DNA from: Macrostomum hystrix
Lineage: Eukaryota > Animalia > Platyhelminthes
NCBI GenBank assembly: GCA_950097015.1
Contig: CATNEN010000008.1
Coordinates: 3,348,001 to 3,412,000 of the forward strand
Reading direction: 5' to 3'
Length of the DNA stretch: 64,000 bases
Part shown: in pieces, positions 61,543-64,000 of the stretch
Layout of the letters: every line of letters starts with the position of its first letter
Position numbering within the stretch: position 1 is the first letter of the stretch
The notes under the pieces: model-generated
Databases searched by the model: none
What the model was told of the DNA's origin: nothing
Seen by the model: the letters and a program-made list of their open reading frames with translations, nothing else
Made by a program: the position numbers and the translations under genes

Positions 61543-63345
61543 GTTGTGCTTGCAATTTTATTGGCAATTTTATCTGCATCTTCTTTAAACTGTCTTAAAT
61601 CCAATCAATTTAATTGTTTGTTTGTTGTGCTTACCTAACGCTTAAATTATTGGTATTTTTTATCTGCATTTACTTTTAACTGTCTTTTTAGCTAATCCAA
61701 TCGATTTGTCTATTCGTTGTGCCTACCTAACGCTTTTATCGGTGCTTTTTTATCTGCATTTACTTTAAACTGCCTTTAAATCAATTAACTGTTCGAATTA
61801 TGCATTATCTAATCACATTCATAATTAAAATGAGCAATGAACAAATAGTCAAGATCCTAATAAAAAATTGAATATTGTGATACTTTTGTGCAACTCGTCA
61901 TCATCATATGACGTTTTAGAATATCACGATTTGATCTGTACCCATATTTTAAATAAAGGAGAAACATATAACCATTAAAATATAGCCTAGGTCTACGACG
62001 TACCTACAGTTCATTTGACGTCTAGAAAGTGCGTTAGTAAATGCTATTTATTATAAGACCTAAATTATTTTTAGCTAATAATATTATATTATACAATAAC
62101 AATATATAAAAACAATTATTTTACGAGCATTCGATGCACGATTAAAAAAAGAAGCTTTCTTCGTTGTTTAAAAAGTTCCATATGACCAAGAATATGTGCG
62201 TTGACTTATTATAACATTAACAACATCGTTTTGCATCAAAAAGCTCAAAATTCTTAAAGAAATCTTTCTGTACTAGTCAGATTAAATTTATTTTTAACTT
62301 GATAGCAAGCAAATTATTTTTAACGATTCTATATCGCATCAATAGGATATTTAAATACAAGGAAATGCGCAGCTTTTTTAATGAATTTAAGATAATTAAA
62401 GTCACCTTTCTTTGTCTAAAGGGACAAGATAAAGACATAATTATATACTATTATTTTTTTAAACATTGTTGAGGACCTTTTAATTTTTAAGCTTATTTTG
62501 GACTCAATATTTAATTTTAGAAATATTTATGAAATTAATACTTTTTTTGTAGTATCAGTTTGTAGGACAGTTTCACAATCCCGAAACTATTTGTAAATGG
62601 AACGGAAGGCTTCTTCTATTGGCTTACTGTTCGATTTTATTCAGTGATTTTTGTCTCATATCTTATTATTTTATCCTCACTTAGTAGTTTGTACTAAGTT
62701 ATATAAGCCGGCCATTATATATTGTGACTTTGTGTCTTTCTTGTCTTTCGAATATGGAAGTACCTTATGTAAAACTTTGACGCTGTTTCTAAAGAACATG
62801 CAGCTCATTTATCTTGGTAAGCATGCAGTGAAGTATTTTTTACTATTATTTGTTTTGTTTTCTTTTTTTTAGTTTATGGTGACTTTAAAACAAGCAAAGT
62901 AATATTCTTTTTATGTATATCTTACAAGATTTGCAATTACCCACGTTAATATAAAGTAATAATAAATAAGTGGTGCATACTTTTGATTTTGTAATGCAAG
63001 TTAGTTTTTACCATTTTAGTTTTGCAAGTCAAAGATGGGCTGAAATGTACATCACCGTCTCGTGCAATTTATTTCAGCCAAAATGAAATTACTTTGATTT
63101 GAAAGTAACTTCACCATTTTTGTGCTTTGCTGCTAAATGATGCTTTGATGCTAACTATGAAACCTCTCTTTATTTAGCTGTTGTGGATATATTTGCGACC
63201 CATTTTACAACTTCTTAAATACATCCATATACCTTAATTAAAGTGCAAATATCTGTGACTGTAAACTAGAAAACAAAGATGTTTGTCTTAGCCGCATATA
63301 ACAGACCACTTATGCATGAATTTTTACTGTCTCCCTTGCAGTCAA

Positions 63346-64000
63346 ATGGCCGAAATTTCAATCGGCATTGACGTATCGGGCGGCGAAGCTCGCAAAAAGA
63401 AACGCTCGTCTCGTCGCGCCACAGGCGATGAGGGCGAGGAAGCTGCCGAGAGGCGGCACCGACGGAAGAAGCAGTCTGGAGACGCTGAGGGCGCCGGCGG
63501 CGACGGTGAGAGGCGCAAGAAAAAGAAGAAGAGCAGCCGCGAAAACGAGACTCCCGAAGAGAGAGATGAGCGACGTCGCAGGCGACGGGAGAAAAAACAG
63601 GCAAAGGAGGCTGCTGCTGCTGCTGCAGCGGCGGCGGCAGCGGCTGCCGCAGGCGTGGCTCCAACTGCAGGTGACAGCGAGGACGATGACGACGACAATG
63701 AAGATCAAGACTTTCGGGGAGGGGCCGGCTTCACTCAGCCAATTGCGGCTTTCCGTCCGCCGCCGCCCCCGTTGCCGCAGCAGCCGCCGCCACTGAGGGC
63801 TCCGGCCCCAGACTCCGAGTCCGAGGAAGAAGCTATGGGGTTCGACGAGGAGCCGCCGAGGCGTCAGCAGCCGCCGCCACCGCCGCCGCCTCCCGCGCCA
63901 AAACCGAAGCCGAAGCCAGCTGCAAAGCCTCATATTCCACCGCCCGCATCGCCATCGCCCCCTCCGCCTCCGCCACCGCCACCCCAGCCGCAGTACTATG
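63346..64000 (+). CDS. 5' part of an unidentified protein with Lys/Arg-rich, poly-Ala, acidic and poly-Pro segments; runs off the right edge
   Basis: Open frame from ATG 63346 (MAEISIGIDVSGGEARKKKRSS...PPPPPPQPQYY) with no stop to the window end. GC-rich coding-like composition; pyrimidine tract + CAG acceptor 4 nt before the ATG. Confidence 0.8.
   Translation, partial: MAEISIGIDVSGGEARKKKRSSRRATGDEGEEAAERRHRRKKQSGDAEGAGGDGERRKKKKKSSRENETPEERDERRRRRREKKQAKEAAAAAAAAAAAAAAGVAPTAGDSEDDDDDNEDQDFRGGAGFTQPIAAFRPPPPPLPQQPPPLRAPAPDSESEEEAMGFDEEPPRRQQPPPPPPPPAPKPKPKPAAKPHIPPPASPSPPPPPPPPPQPQYY

Overview
Eukaryotic (metazoan) genomic DNA. GC-rich coding exons with poly-Ala/Gln runs, 60-75 nt introns and dense intronic minisatellites suggest a flatworm such as Macrostomum; this is an inference. 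Six spliced genes were reconstructed by hand: (1) the 5' exons of patched (minus strand, runs off the left edge); (2) a complete 7-Ig + 2-FN3 + TM echinoid-like adhesion receptor (plus strand, head-to-head with patched, ending in a PDZ-type KVIYEVVV); (3) a divergent Bicaudal-C/GLD-3-like KH protein with no visible SAM domain; (4) a DENND1/connecdenn-like Rab GEF; (5) RAD21; (6) the start of a Lys/Arg/Pro-rich protein running off the right edge. Mobile DNA: a piggyBac fossil, a MULE fossil, an internally deleted Tip100-like hAT, and three MITEs, one with its empty site present in a paralogous block. About 40% of the first 37 kb is made of about 23 tandem arrays, against about 2% of the rest. 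Most long ORFs in the supplied track are translations of these arrays. Best leads: a 22-copy tandem array of a real splice donor, Gli sites and an NR5A-motif higher-order repeat at patched, a 15-nt micro-exon, a duplicated upstream module in front of two unrelated genes, and the SAM-less BicC-like gene.
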